Shown: positions 19,201 through 30,420 of the stretch, piece after piece | How the letters are laid out: every line of letters starts with the position of its first letter | Numbering within the stretch: the stretch's first letter is position 1 | DNA from: an uncultured Clostridia bacterium | GTDB lineage: Bacteria; Bacillota; Clostridia; TANB77; CAG-508 | DNA length: 64,000 nt | Reading direction: 5' to 3' | NCBI GenBank assembly: GCA_947426305.1 | Contig: CANEDP010000002.1 | Coordinates: forward strand, 65,960-129,959 | The notes under the pieces: generated by a model | What the model was told of the DNA's origin: nothing | Seen by the model: the letters and a program-made list of their open reading frames with translations, nothing else | Databases searched by the model: none | Translations under genes and position numbers: made by a program

Positions 19201-22200
19201 AGAAGATTTGGATTATCTAAAAGAGGTGGGAAAAGCCACTTGGCAATTTTTTAAAGACCACATAACAGAAGATACGCATTATTTAATGCCAGATAACTAC
19301 CAAGAAAACCGTAAAGAAAAAACTGTAAAACGAACTTCTTCAACCAATATAGGCTTAGAATTATTAGCCTTTATTTCTGCTTATGACCTTGGCTATATAA
19401 ATCAAAAACAAGCCATTGATTATATTACAAAAGTTATCGAAACCATAAATGGTTTGGCAAAATGGAATGGACATTTATACAATTGGTATCAATTAGAAAC
19501 ACTAGAGCCACTCATTCCGCGATATGTTTCTTCTGTAGATAGTGGAAACTTGGTGGGCTATTTATATGTAGTAAAACAATTTTTAATGGAACAAAATAGC
19601 AAATTTGAGTTAGACAATCTCATTCAAAATGTTTCAGATTTGATTGATAATACGGACTTTTCAAAATTATATAGTCCAGAAAACAAGCTCATGTCAATTG
19701 GATTTAACTTGGAAGATAACGAACTAACCGATTCATACTATGATTTTCTAGCTTCAGAAGCAAGACAAGCCAGTCTTGTTGCCATTGCCAAAGGCGATGC
19801 ACCAAGTAAACTGTGGAACAACTTAAGCCGAACAGTTACGTCCTTAAAAGGCTACAAAGGCTTGATTTCATGGACAGGAACCACATTTGAATATTTAATG
19901 CCCAATATTAATTTAAAACAATATGAAGGAAGCTTGATTGATGAAGCCAGTCGATTTGCTATTCTGAGCCAAATGGAATATGCCAAAAAGCTCAAAGTAC
20001 CTTGGGGCATTTCAGAATCAGCATTTAATTTAAGAGATTTGCATGGACATTATCAATATAAAGCATTTGGTGTTCCGTGGCTTGGCTTGAAAAGAGGATT
20101 GGAGGAAGATATTGTTATTTCTCCTTATAGCACATTTTTGTCGTTACCGTATGTACGATCGCAAGCCATTCAAAATTTGAAGTATTTGGAAAAAGAAGGC
20201 TCTCGAGGAAAATATGGTTTTTATGAAGCAGTTGATTATACAAGTAGCAGGCTCAAAAAAGGTGAAACACACGAAGTTGTAAAAACATATATGGCACATC
20301 ATCAAGGTTTGATTTTGCTATCCATTAATAATTGCCTTCATGAAAATATTTTACAAAAGCGATTTAATAAAAATCCAGAAATCGAATCTGTCAATGTGTT
20401 ATTGCAAGAAAAAATGCCAGTTAAAATGATTATTACTAAGGAGAAAAAAGAGAAAATCTCCAAAAATAAAACTCCAGTAGACAGCGGATATGTTGAAAGA
20501 GTCATTGAAAATCGAAATCCTAGATTTAAAAATGTAAATGTGATTGCTAATCCCAATTATAAAATTATGATTAACGACTTTGGTGAAGGAGTCAGCACTT
20601 ACAAAAATCAAATGATTAACGATTATAAAGTAACTTCCGAACTCAAAAATGGAATTTTCTTTTATATTCGAAACACAAAAACCAAGAAAATTATCCAATT
20701 AGAAAAATGTGATAAAGTAATTTTTGCTCCTGATAAAGCCAAATTTATTGGGAAAGATGCCAATTTAAAATTCGAAGTAACGGTAACCTTAGACCCAGAT
20801 AAATGCATCGAAATTAGGCGTGTGGAAATTGAGAATTTTGGAAAAAGTGATGAAGTATTGGAAGTAATTTGTGAATTTGAGCCAGTACTTTCTGAACAAT
20901 CCGCGCAGTATGCGCATCCAGCTTTCAATAAATTATTTTTGAAATTTGAAGAAGAAAATGAAAATATCATTGTTCAAAGAAAATCAAGAAGTCTTGAAAA
21001 AAGTGTCTATTTAGCAACAACCTTATACACAGAAAGTGACCAAATTGTGAATTTTGAATACGAAATTGATGGCGAAAAATATCGCGCAAGAGAAAATTAT
21101 GGTTTGCCACAAATGATTAAAAATCAGAAGATTTTTTCAAAGCAAATTGCGCAAGTTGTATCGCCGATTGTAGTTATGAAAAGAACGGTAAAAGTTGCTT
21201 CTCAATCAGATGCAACAGTAGATTTAATCATCACAGCTGGGGACACAAAAGAAGAAGTAAGAAGTCTTATTCAAAAAGTCAAAGGAAAAGAAGAAGTTGA
21301 TAAAATCTTCAATGTTGCTATGGCGCGATGCGAAGAACAAAATAAATATTTACGAATCAAATCAAGCAAACTGGAAATGTATCAGCAATTATTAAATTAT
21401 ATTTTGCAATTAAATGCTAGCGATAAAAAGAATGATACACCAGAATGTTCAATTCAGAGTTTGTGGAAATACGGAATTTCTGGCGATTTGCCAATTTTTG
21501 TTTTAAAAATTGCAAAATTTGATGAAATATACGTTTTAGAAGATATCATACGAGCCTTTGAATATTACCGAATTAAAAATATTTCTATGGATTTGGTGAT
21601 TTTAAATAACGAAAAAAACGTGTATGAACGATTTGTAGATGATGCAATTCATTCCGTCATTTCGGAAAGACAACTGCAATTTTTGAAAAATACGTCTGGC
21701 GGAATTTTTGTGCTAAACCAAAAAGATTTGCCCAAAGAAGATTTAAAAGCAATCGAATTAAAAGCGCGTGTCATTCTTGATTCGAAAAAAGGAGATTTAT
21801 CAGCATTTTTAAAAGAAATGCAAGAAAAACAAGATGCTCAAAAAGACCAAATCGAAAAACCAAAACAGGTTCAAATAGGCGAAGAATTATTACCACTCAA
21901 AAAAGAAGAATTGCTTTATGATAACGATTTTGGAGGATTTTCTCAAAACGGAAAAGAATATATCATTTACAAAAACACAGAAAATAAATTACCTTCTGTT
22001 TGGAGCAACGTTCTAGCCAATAAATTCTTTGGAACTGTTGTAACAGATGGATTAGGAGGATACACTTGGTACAAAAACAGCCGACTAAATCGTCTAACGG
22101 CTTGGAACAACAACACAGTTTTAGATGTTCCATCTGAAATTTATTATCTAAAAGATGAAGACAATTCACAAGTTTGGACAATAAACAGCAGTGTCAATCC

Positions 22201-24299
22201 AAGCCCAAACTATTATTATATTAGGCATGGATTTGGCTATTCTAGTTTCCAAAATAGTTACGATAATTTAATACAAACCGTTGATGTTTTTGTACCAAAT
22301 GAAGAAAATGTAAAAGTGTTAAATTTTCGTATCAAAAATATCATTGGCGAAAATCGAAAAATCAAATTGGTGGTTTATATCAAACCAGTTTTAGGCGAAG
22401 ATGAATATTTTAGCAATGGAAATATCAAACTTGAGAAAAAAGGAAATTTGTTGCTCGTTAAAAATATGTTTGCAGATGAAGATTTTAAAGATAAAATTAT
22501 GTATGTAACTAGCAACGAAAATATCAGCAGTTTCACTGGAGACAAAGCAGATTTCTTTGGTAATGGTACAATCGAAGAACCAGACGCTTTATACAAACAA
22601 TTGGACGGCAATTCTGGTCTTGGAAAAGATTCATGTATTGGTTTCCAAATTGATTTAGAATTGGATAAATTTGAAGACAAAAAGTTTTCAATTTTAATTG
22701 GCCAAGAAAATAGTGTAGAAAAAATAAAAGAAGTGGCTAGCCAATACCAGAAAGAATACGATGTAGAAGTCAAGCTGGAAAATGTGAAATCAAAATGGAA
22801 TAATATTTTAAGTGTGATTAATGTAAAAACGCCGTCCGAATCCATTAATCTTTTGATGAATGGCTGGCTTGTGTACCAAACCATTGTGAGCCGATTATTT
22901 GCCAGAAGTGGATATCATCAATCTGGTGGAGCTTTTGGATTTCGTGATCAATTGCAGGATTGCTTTGGTATTAAATATATTGATAGTTCATTTTTAAGAG
23001 AACAAATTTTAAACTGTGCTAGACATCAATTTGTTGAGGGCGATGTTTTGCATTGGTGGCATTTAGAAACAAAAAAAGGCATCAGAACCCGTTTTTCAGA
23101 TGACTTATTATGGCTTGTTTATGGCGTTTTGGAATATGTCGAATTCACAAATCAAAGGGATATTTTAGATGAGCAAGTTTCTTACATCAAAGGCAATTTG
23201 CTAAAAGAAGACGAACTTGAAAAATACGATATCTTTTACGAAAGCGACGTCAAAGAAAGTATTTTTGAACATTGCATTCGTTCCATTGAACAAGTTATCT
23301 CAAAAGGAATTGACCCATTTCCTAAAATTGGTGTAGGCGACTGGAATGATGGATTTAGTAATTTGGGAAGCAAAGGAAAAGGCGAAAGCATTTGGCTAGG
23401 ATTTTTCTTGTACGATATTTTAAATCGATTTATTCCCATTTGCGAAGAAAGAAAACGTGCAGATTTGGTAGAAAAATACACTAAACTAAAAGAAGAATTA
23501 AAGAAAAACTTAAATACTAAAGCATGGGATGGACGTTGGTACAAAAGAGCCATTAATGACGATGGCTACGAAATCGGAAGCATGAGCAGTGAAGAATGCA
23601 GAATTGACTGTATTGCACAGAGTTGGGCAGTTATTTCCAATGCGGCAGATAATGATAAAAAATTCATTTCCATCGAAGAAGCCGAAAATTATTTAGTTGA
23701 TCGAGAAAATAAATTAATTAAATTATTTGAACCAGCCTTTGAAAATTCTAGTTTTAATCCAGGATATATCAAATCATATCCAGCTGGAATTCGAGAAAAT
23801 GGTGGACAATATACGCATCGGAAGCGTATGGTTAATTATTGCCGAAGCCTTGCTTGGATTTGGTGATAAAGCTGTCGAATTTGCTGAACTAATTAATCCA
23901 ATTGAACACACCAAAACCAAAGAAGAAGCCAAAAAGTTCAAACTAGAGCCTTATGTCATGGAGGCAGATATTTACACCAATAAAGATTTAATGGGGCGTG
24001 GTGGCTGGAACTGGTATACGGGGTCTAGTAGTTGGTATTTTAAGGCGATTATTGAGTCAATTTTAGGATTGAAAATCAGAAACGGTTTCCTAAGTGTAGA
24101 ACCTTGCATTAGCAAATCTTGGAAAGAATATGAAATCAAATATAAATATAAAACCACGATTTACCAAATTGTTGTCAAAAACCAAGACGGAAAAAATACA
24201 GGTATAGATAAATTTTTCGTCAACGGAAACGAAGTGAAAGACAAGAAAATTCCGCTTTGTGATGATGGAAGAATTTATAATGTTCAAATATTTATGTAA
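16282..24299 (+). CDS. giant cyclic beta-1,2-glucan synthase-like protein (GT84 + GH94 domains), ~2671 aa, needs +1 at CGG 18313 and CGG 23819
   Basis: Three abutting ORFs (16282..18321, 18290..23866, 23727..24299). It has an 'ITLDSDT' DxD glycosyltransferase motif, a TM cluster, and the C-terminal GH94 motif 'ENGGQYTH'. Junctions restore ..LFSIQG-G-IDFYTNAISDIYQDYFGEGIFTGKGIYDV.. and ..NGGQYTH-G-SVWLIIAEAL.. Confidence 0.75.
18313..18315 (+). other. in-frame CGG at +1 junction 1 (GT84-GH94 gene)
   Basis: caa ggg CGG aat tga; the +1 frame reads gga att gat ttt tac. Confidence 0.7.
23819..23821 (+). other. in-frame CGG at +1 junction 2 (GT84-GH94 gene)
   Basis: acg cat CGG aag cgt; the +1 frame reads gga agc gta tgg tta att. 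Confidence 0.7.
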
Positions 24300-24350
24300 A
24301 AAAACTTGCCGAAATAAAATTAATGTGATATAAAAAGAATAGAAAGAAAG

Positions 24351-25136
24351 GTGGGATTTTTTGTGGAAGGATTAGAAGACCTAGTAGAACAAGAAAAAAA
24401 GACGATTTTGGTAGTCGATGATGAAGAAAGTATCATGGATTTGTTGGTGTACAATCTTGAAAAAGAAGGATATAACACCCTAAAAGCATATGACGGCTTA
24501 ACAGCAGTTGAAATGGCATTAAAAGAACGCCCAGATTTAATTTTGTTAGATGTCATGATTCCAAAGTTAGATGGAATTTCAGTATGCAAAAAAATAAGAT
24601 ATTATCTCAATATTTCAACCATGCCAATTCTAATGGTCTCTGCAAAAGATACCGAATCCGATAAAATCGTAGGTTTGGAAATGGGAGCTGATGATTATAT
24701 TACCAAACCATTCCAAATTCGTGAATTAATGGCAAGAATTAAAGCAAATTTAAGAAAAGCAGAAGCCAAAGTGGTAGCTGTTCCAACTGAAGTGGAAGAA
24801 CAAGAAGAAAAAAATGACGAAATCATAGAAGTGGGCGAGTTGACACTTGATTTAAAGAAAATCGAAGCACGTGTAAAAGGCGAAGTTGTCAACCTAACCA
24901 AAAAGGAATTTGATGTTTTAAAATTCCTTGCCAGTCAACCAGGAGAGGTTGTAACAAGAGAAAGATTGCTTCACGAAATTTGGGAATATGATGAATATAT
25001 TGGAGCCATTCGAACCATTGATGTTACAATGAACCGAATTCGCGATAAAATTGAAAAAGATAAAGCAGATCCAAAAATATTGATTACCAAAAGAGGTGTA
25101 GGATATTATATTGCAGACAATACAAAAAAACAATAA
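24351..25136 (+). CDS. OmpR/PhoB-family response regulator (no adjacent cognate kinase)
   Basis: Receiver domain 'ILVVDDE..DLILLDVMIPKLDG' plus a winged-helix C-terminus. The start could be GTG 24351 or GTG 24363. Confidence 0.8.
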   Translation: MGFFVEGLEDLVEQEKKTILVVDDEESIMDLLVYNLEKEGYNTLKAYDGLTAVEMALKERPDLILLDVMIPKLDGISVCKKIRYYLNISTMPILMVSAKDTESDKIVGLEMGADDYITKPFQIRELMARIKANLRKAEAKVVAVPTEVEEQEEKNDEIIEVGELTLDLKKIEARVKGEVVNLTKKEFDVLKFLASQPGEVVTRERLLHEIWEYDEYIGAIRTIDVTMNRIRDKIEKDKADPKILITKRGVGYYIADNTKKQ

Positions 25137-25191
25137 GAACAAAAGAATTTCCTTTTTATAGGAAATTCTTTTTTGAAATAAAACAAGGAGA

Positions 25192-25863
25192 ATGAAAATG
25201 TACAAAATTTCAATTGTAGAAGATGACAAAGAAATTCGAGAAGAATTGAAAATTTTATTACAAAATAGTGGATATGAAATCAATTTGATTACAGATTTTC
25301 AAAATGCTGAACAACAAATTTTAAATACAGAAAGTCATCTGATATTATTAGATGTTAATTTACCTCAAAAAGATGGTTATGAAATTTGTAGTAAAATTAG
25401 AACAAAATCAAAAATTCCTATTATTTTTGTGACGAGCAAAAATAGTGCAATGGATGAATTAAACGGAATTATGAGAGGTGGAGATGATTATATTGAAAAA
25501 CCATATAATGTTCCGATTTTGCTAGCTAGAATACAAAATTTATTAAATAGAGCATATCCCACAGATGAAATTAGCAATCTTCAATATAAAGGAATAACAT
25601 TAGACATTTTAAAATCGATGCTTCAATATAAAGAAAAAGAAATGGAGCTTACGAAAACCGAATTTAAGACATTATATTATTTTTTTACCAATCAAGATAA
25701 AATTGTTTCGAGAGAAGAAATTATTGACTATTTGTGGGACAATGGCGTCTATGCAGACGACAATAGCTTAAGTGTGATTGTTACAAGATTAAGGGAAAAA
25801 TTGAAAGATTTAGGAATCGAAAATTTCATTGAAACGAAAAGAGGACAAGGATATAAAATATGA
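25192..25863 (+). CDS. BceR/GraR-type OmpR-family response regulator
   Basis: Receiver plus winged-helix domains. Translationally coupled to a BceS-like kinase and located upstream of BceAB-like genes. Confidence 0.8.
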   Translation: MKMYKISIVEDDKEIREELKILLQNSGYEINLITDFQNAEQQILNTESHLILLDVNLPQKDGYEICSKIRTKSKIPIIFVTSKNSAMDELNGIMRGGDDYIEKPYNVPILLARIQNLLNRAYPTDEISNLQYKGITLDILKSMLQYKEKEMELTKTEFKTLYYFFTNQDKIVSREEIIDYLWDNGVYADDNSLSVIVTRLREKLKDLGIENFIETKRGQGYKI

Positions 25864-26870
25864 AATTCACAGGCTATATCAAAGACAAAATAAATGCGAT
25901 ACTTGCATTTCTTATCTATAACATAATTATTTTTACCTATACAAATGCGCTGCAAATTGACAAAAATGTTATCTTCATTTTGTTTACAATTTCCTGTCTA
26001 TTTTTCATAACAGGATTTTTTATGGCATATCAAAGAAAAAGGAAATATTGGCAGGAAATAGAAACCATTTTGGACAATTTGCCAGAAAAATATTTGCTTT
26101 CAGAAGTAATGAAAAAGCCAAGAAATAGCCAAGATTTGGCATATTACAAAATTTTAAAAAGAGCCAATAAATCCATGCTTGAAAATGTTAATCAGTCTAG
26201 AAAAGCGCAGAAAGATTATAAAGAATATATTGAAAGTTGGGTGCATGAGATAAAAATTCCGATTACATCGGCTAAATTGTTGTGCGAAAATCACAAATCC
26301 GAGTTGACAAGTAAAATCGATGATGAAATGGAAGAAATCAATAATTTTGTGGAGCAAGCCTTATTTTATGCAAGATTAGATTGTGTTTCGAATGATTTTA
26401 TGATACGAAAAGTCAATTTAGAAGAAGCAATTCGAAATGTTTTGGCGAGAAATAAAAAAAGTATGATACAAAATCAAATGAAAGTGGAAATTGACAACAT
26501 TCAGGTGAATGCATATACAGACGAAAAATGGCTGGAGTTTATTTTAAATCAACTGATTGTCAATAGTATTAAATATAGAAAGGACAAGGATTCAGCGGTT
26601 TTGATTGGAACCGAAGAAAATGAGAAAAACGTAAAATTGTGGATTCAAGATAACGGAATTGGAATTAAGCCAAGCGAACTTGACCGAATTTTTGAGAAAG
26701 GTTTTACTGGAACCAATGGCAGAAGGCAAACCAAATCGACAGGAATTGGGCTTTATTTGTGTCAAAAACTATGTGAGCAATTAGGAATGGGAATTGAGGC
26801 AGAAAGCAAAGAAAATGAATTTACCAAAATCACGATTACGATTCCGAGAGAGAAAAAAATCGAGCAATAA
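25860..26870 (+). CDS. BceS-type intramembrane-sensing histidine kinase
   Basis: Two N-terminal TM helices with a minimal loop, H-box 'VHEIKIPIT', and HATPase motifs 'DNGIGI' and 'GIGLYLC'. Confidence 0.8.
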   Translation: MKFTGYIKDKINAILAFLIYNIIIFTYTNALQIDKNVIFILFTISCLFFITGFFMAYQRKRKYWQEIETILDNLPEKYLLSEVMKKPRNSQDLAYYKILKRANKSMLENVNQSRKAQKDYKEYIESWVHEIKIPITSAKLLCENHKSELTSKIDDEMEEINNFVEQALFYARLDCVSNDFMIRKVNLEEAIRNVLARNKKSMIQNQMKVEIDNIQVNAYTDEKWLEFILNQLIVNSIKYRKDKDSAVLIGTEENEKNVKLWIQDNGIGIKPSELDRIFEKGFTGTNGRRQTKSTGIGLYLCQKLCEQLGMGIEAESKENEFTKITITIPREKKIEQ

Positions 26871-26916
26871 AAGAAAACCGCCTGCCTCGATAGTGCTTGA
26901 GGCGGGCGGTAGGAGA

Positions 26917-27276
26917 TTAATCGAAGAAAATCTCACCGGTGAATCCATTACCATCAAAGGTTAATCCTGCTGCCTCAAAGGAATTGCAAAGTTCAATGGG
27001 CAGACAAGGTCCGCATAAAATAACGCTGTTTCTCTTTTTTTTCAGTGCCTGTCGAACAAGCATTAAGTCAGCAATGATTTTTTCGAACTTTCGCCTGTCC
27101 GTTCTGATTGCGTTCAAATCAACGTGATTAAGTGCTTCCTTCGGAAAGTAAACTCCATTCCGAAGTTCTACGTCTTTTTCTTCCATAAGCAGCCGGTTTA
27201 ACACTTTAGAGTGCTTCTGGATTTCCCTTTCTAAAACCTGAATTGCATTACTCCGTTTTGAATCTTTCATAGTCAT
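26917..27276 (-). CDS. hypothetical protein (119 aa) in a GC-elevated islet
   Basis: ORF with a GC-rich terminator (26878-26910). It contains three in-frame CGG codons (27160, 27193, 27253). No family recognised. Confidence 0.4.
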   Translation of the reverse strand: MTMKDSKRSNAIQVLEREIQKHSKVLNRLLMEEKDVELRNGVYFPKEALNHVDLNAIRTDRRKFEKIIADLMLVRQALKKKRNSVILCGPCLPIELCNSFEAAGLTFDGNGFTGEIFFD

Positions 27277-27402
27277 TTCTCCTTTTCTTATTGAAACTAA
27301 TATAAGTTGTTCTTAATTATATTATAGCAAAATTTACATAAAATGTCAAGAGCTTTTTGTTTTTATTACAATATAGTCTACATAAAATGAAAAACTTTAC
27401 TA

Positions 27403-27422
27403 ATCTTACAAAACTGTAAGAT
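27403..27422 (+). promoter_or_regulatory. BceR-type response-regulator box upstream of the ABC transporter
   Basis: Perfect inverted repeat ATCTTACA-AAAC-TGTAAGAT. This fits the TNACA-N4-TGTAA type site reported for BceR-like regulators. It lies about 90 nt upstream of the transporter start. Confidence 0.6.
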
Positions 27423-27509
27423 TCATTCAAACATTTTCTATACCAATCCTTAAAAAAACAAGATATACTTAAATTAACCATTTAGAAAATGGATACAATT
27501 TAAGAAGGA

Positions 27510-28286
27510 GTGATGATTTTGAAAAAAATATTAAAAGTGGAGCAAATTCAGAAATTTTATGGAAATAAGGACAATCTAACCAAAGCAATCGACGAAATTA
27601 GTTTTGATGTTGAAGAAGGCGAATTTATCGGCATTATGGGCGCAAGCGGAAGCGGTAAAACCACGCTTTTGAACTGCATTTCGACGATTGACACGGTAAG
27701 TGCTGGACATATTTATTTGGAAAATCAAGACATTACAGAAATCAAAGAAGAGGATATTGCCCAATTTCGTAGGAAAAATCTAGGTTTCATTTTTCAAGAT
27801 TTCAATTTATTAGATACTTTGACGATAGAAGAAAATATTGCCTTAATTTTAACCATTAATCAAGTGCCAGAAAAAGAAATCGATACACGAATTTTGGAAA
27901 TTGCCAAAAAATTAGGCATTGAAGAAATTTTGAACAAATATCCATACCAAGTCTCTGGAGGACAAAAACAACGATGTGCGGCTTGCAGAGCCATTGTCAA
28001 TAACCCCAAAATTATTTTGGCAGACGAGCCAACGGGAAGTTTGGATTCCAAATCAGCCAGACAATTGCTCGAAATCATAGAAAATATGAACCAAAACATG
28101 AAAGCCACCATTTTAATGGTAACACACGACCCAGTGTCTGCTAGCTATTGCAACAAAATTCTTTTTTTGAAAGACGGCAAAATTTTTAACAAAATTCAAA
28201 AAGGCGAAAAAACCAGAAAAGATTTTTATCATGAAATCTTAGATGTGCTAGCACTTCTTGGAGGTGAACAAAACGATGTTAGGTAA
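27510..28286 (+). CDS. BceA-like ABC transporter ATP-binding protein
   Basis: Walker A 'GASGSGKTT', signature 'VSGGQKQR' and Walker B 'ILADEPT'. The true start is possibly TTG 27519. Confidence 0.85.
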   Translation: MMILKKILKVEQIQKFYGNKDNLTKAIDEISFDVEEGEFIGIMGASGSGKTTLLNCISTIDTVSAGHIYLENQDITEIKEEDIAQFRRKNLGFIFQDFNLLDTLTIEENIALILTINQVPEKEIDTRILEIAKKLGIEEILNKYPYQVSGGQKQRCAACRAIVNNPKIILADEPTGSLDSKSARQLLEIIENMNQNMKATILMVTHDPVSASYCNKILFLKDGKIFNKIQKGEKTRKDFYHEILDVLALLGGEQNDVR

Positions 28287-30300
28287 ATTATCCTTTCGAA
28301 ATGCCAAAAGGCAGGCAAAAGATTATGTCATTTATTTTATCACGATTGTGATTGCGGTGGCTTTGCTCTTTAGTTTTAACTCCATTGCAGTATCGAGCGA
28401 TATTGCAGAATTGTCTTCAAGTATGAAGGATTTTTCGCAAGTTATTTTTGGAATCAATCTGTTAATTGTTTTTGTGATGGCATGGCTTGTCAATTATACC
28501 ATGCGCTTTATGCTAGAAAAACGAAGCAAAGAATTTGGAACTTATGAGATTTTGGGAATTGAGAAAAAGGATATTTCCAAGATGTTTACGATTGAAAATT
28601 TAATCATAGGAATGTTAGCATTTGTGGTGGGAACAGCGTTTGGCTGTTTGGTTTATCAAGTTTTTACCAGTATCATTATGAATATTTTTGAGCAACCTTA
28701 CCAAATTGCGATTGTATTTGACTGGAAAGCAGTACAAACAACAGCTTTATGTTTTTTTTGTATGTTTGTTTTGGTACTATTAAATAGCAGAAGGAAAATT
28801 AAGAAAACCAAAGTCCATGATTTGCTTTATGCCGATAAGCAAAACGAAAACAATCGCATTCAAAATGCCAAAGGAAATGTAGCTTTGTTTGTTATTTCGA
28901 TTATTTTATTTTTGATAGGTTTGTTTGTGCTAAATTTGGATTATGCTGATGTTGACAAGATGGATGGAAAAGAAACCATGATAGCAATTGTGATGTTCAT
29001 TACAGGCGTGTATTTGTTTTACCGAAGTATTTCGAGTTTTATTGTCAAACGATATTTGGAAAATAAAACAAGAAAATATCAAAAAAATCATTTATTTTTG
29101 TACCGAAATTTGACTTCTAAAATTAATACAATGAGTACGACTTTAGGCACGATTGCGATGTTATTTGCGTTTATTATGATTGGTGGAAATGTGGCGTTAC
29201 TAATGAATGGAATGTTAAACAATGAAATTGCAATGGGCTATCCTTTCGAAATTATGGTAAGCAGTTTAGATGGCGATTTTTCGAAATACAGAGAATATAT
29301 TGAAAAAAATGCAAAAGTAACGGATTGGTATGAATATCAAACCTACTATATCTCAAAAACAAATGTCCATAAAGCTTTAGAAGGCACGACATTTGAAGAA
29401 AGATTTGACGACGAATTAGATACAGTGCTAGACTTGAAAGATTATAATCGTTTGCGAGAAATGTTGGGCTATGAAAGCGTTTCTTTAAAAGAAGATGAAG
29501 TTATTGTTCAATGCATGAAAAGTGCTGAAAAACTTTTTGTAGATTATGCAAAAAAGAATCACAAAATCGAAATGCTGGGAAAAGAAATTAAGATTAAAGA
29601 AGTTAGGGCAGAACATCTTTCGCAACTTGGATTTAATGGCTATATGTATTGCATCGTAGTTTCAGATGCGGTATTGGAAGAAATTGAAAACAGAGGGTTA
29701 AAAGTCGAAAAACCGTCTTACAATGATATTTACAAACTAGTAGTGCAAACAGAAGAAACAACCACAGAGGCTTTCTATAATGGATTATCTGAATATCTTG
29801 TATACGACGAATTAGAGCAAACGACGATAATTGATGGAGAAGAACAACATTTTATGGTCAATATTGCCTTAGGGAACGTAAGCACAAGAGGAAATCGAAT
29901 GACCCAAGTCAAATCATTTTACACGATGATATCGTTCTTGGCGTTTTATGTAGCATTAATTTTTGTAATGGCAACAGCGACCATTCTTGCTATTCAACAA
30001 TTGAGTGATTCTGAAAAATATAAATATCGTTATGAATTGCTTAAAAAATTAGGTATGGAGGAACAAGGAATTAGGAAAACCATTTTGAAACAGATTTTAT
30101 TTTATTTTTGTTTACCAATGTTAATTCCAGTTTTGATTAGCATTCCAGCAGTTTTAATTGTGGGGCAAATTTTTACAGTTGCTGTAACGGTGGGAGAAAT
30201 TTGGAAAAACATGGTGGTTGTGATTGGAATTTTTGGATTAGTGTATGGCATTTATTTTGTGGCAACTGATGTGCAGTTTGAACGAAATATAGAAATATAA
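28276..30300 (+). CDS. BceB-like FtsX-family ABC permease (10-TM type with large extracellular domain)
   Basis: ~675 aa. The start MLGKLSFRNAKRQ has a GGAGGTG SD and overlaps the ATPase stop. TM clusters sit at both ends. Confidence 0.8.
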   Translation: MLGKLSFRNAKRQAKDYVIYFITIVIAVALLFSFNSIAVSSDIAELSSSMKDFSQVIFGINLLIVFVMAWLVNYTMRFMLEKRSKEFGTYEILGIEKKDISKMFTIENLIIGMLAFVVGTAFGCLVYQVFTSIIMNIFEQPYQIAIVFDWKAVQTTALCFFCMFVLVLLNSRRKIKKTKVHDLLYADKQNENNRIQNAKGNVALFVISIILFLIGLFVLNLDYADVDKMDGKETMIAIVMFITGVYLFYRSISSFIVKRYLENKTRKYQKNHLFLYRNLTSKINTMSTTLGTIAMLFAFIMIGGNVALLMNGMLNNEIAMGYPFEIMVSSLDGDFSKYREYIEKNAKVTDWYEYQTYYISKTNVHKALEGTTFEERFDDELDTVLDLKDYNRLREMLGYESVSLKEDEVIVQCMKSAEKLFVDYAKKNHKIEMLGKEIKIKEVRAEHLSQLGFNGYMYCIVVSDAVLEEIENRGLKVEKPSYNDIYKLVVQTEETTTEAFYNGLSEYLVYDELEQTTIIDGEEQHFMVNIALGNVSTRGNRMTQVKSFYTMISFLAFYVALIFVMATATILAIQQLSDSEKYKYRYELLKKLGMEEQGIRKTILKQILFYFCLPMLIPVLISIPAVLIVGQIFTVAVTVGEIWKNMVVVIGIFGLVYGIYFVATDVQFERNIEI

Positions 30301-30306
30301 AAAAAG

Positions 30307-30337
30307 AAAGATTCGCGTCAAAAACGAATCTTTTTTT
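30307..30337 (+). terminator. rho-independent terminator of the bceAB-like operon
   Basis: aaagattcg/cgaatcttt stem followed by T7. Confidence 0.75.
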
Positions 30338-30420
30338 GTATAAAATCATAATGATATAAATTGAATGGATTACTAGACTTTTTTTACTTAGTATGATATA
30401 ATATTTCCGCGCGAGGGAGA

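Noticed and set aside
22375-22884. 169-aa antisense ORF inside the giant gene. Similar long antisense ORFs: 41217..41735 (+), 45866..46363 (-), 30687..31121 (-), 10129..10524 (+), 14273..14656 (-), 24918..25283 (-), 53344..53706 (-)
   Set aside because: All lie fully inside well-supported genes on the opposite strand, have Ser/Phe/Ile-rich low-complexity translations and lack SD sequences. They are shadow ORFs.
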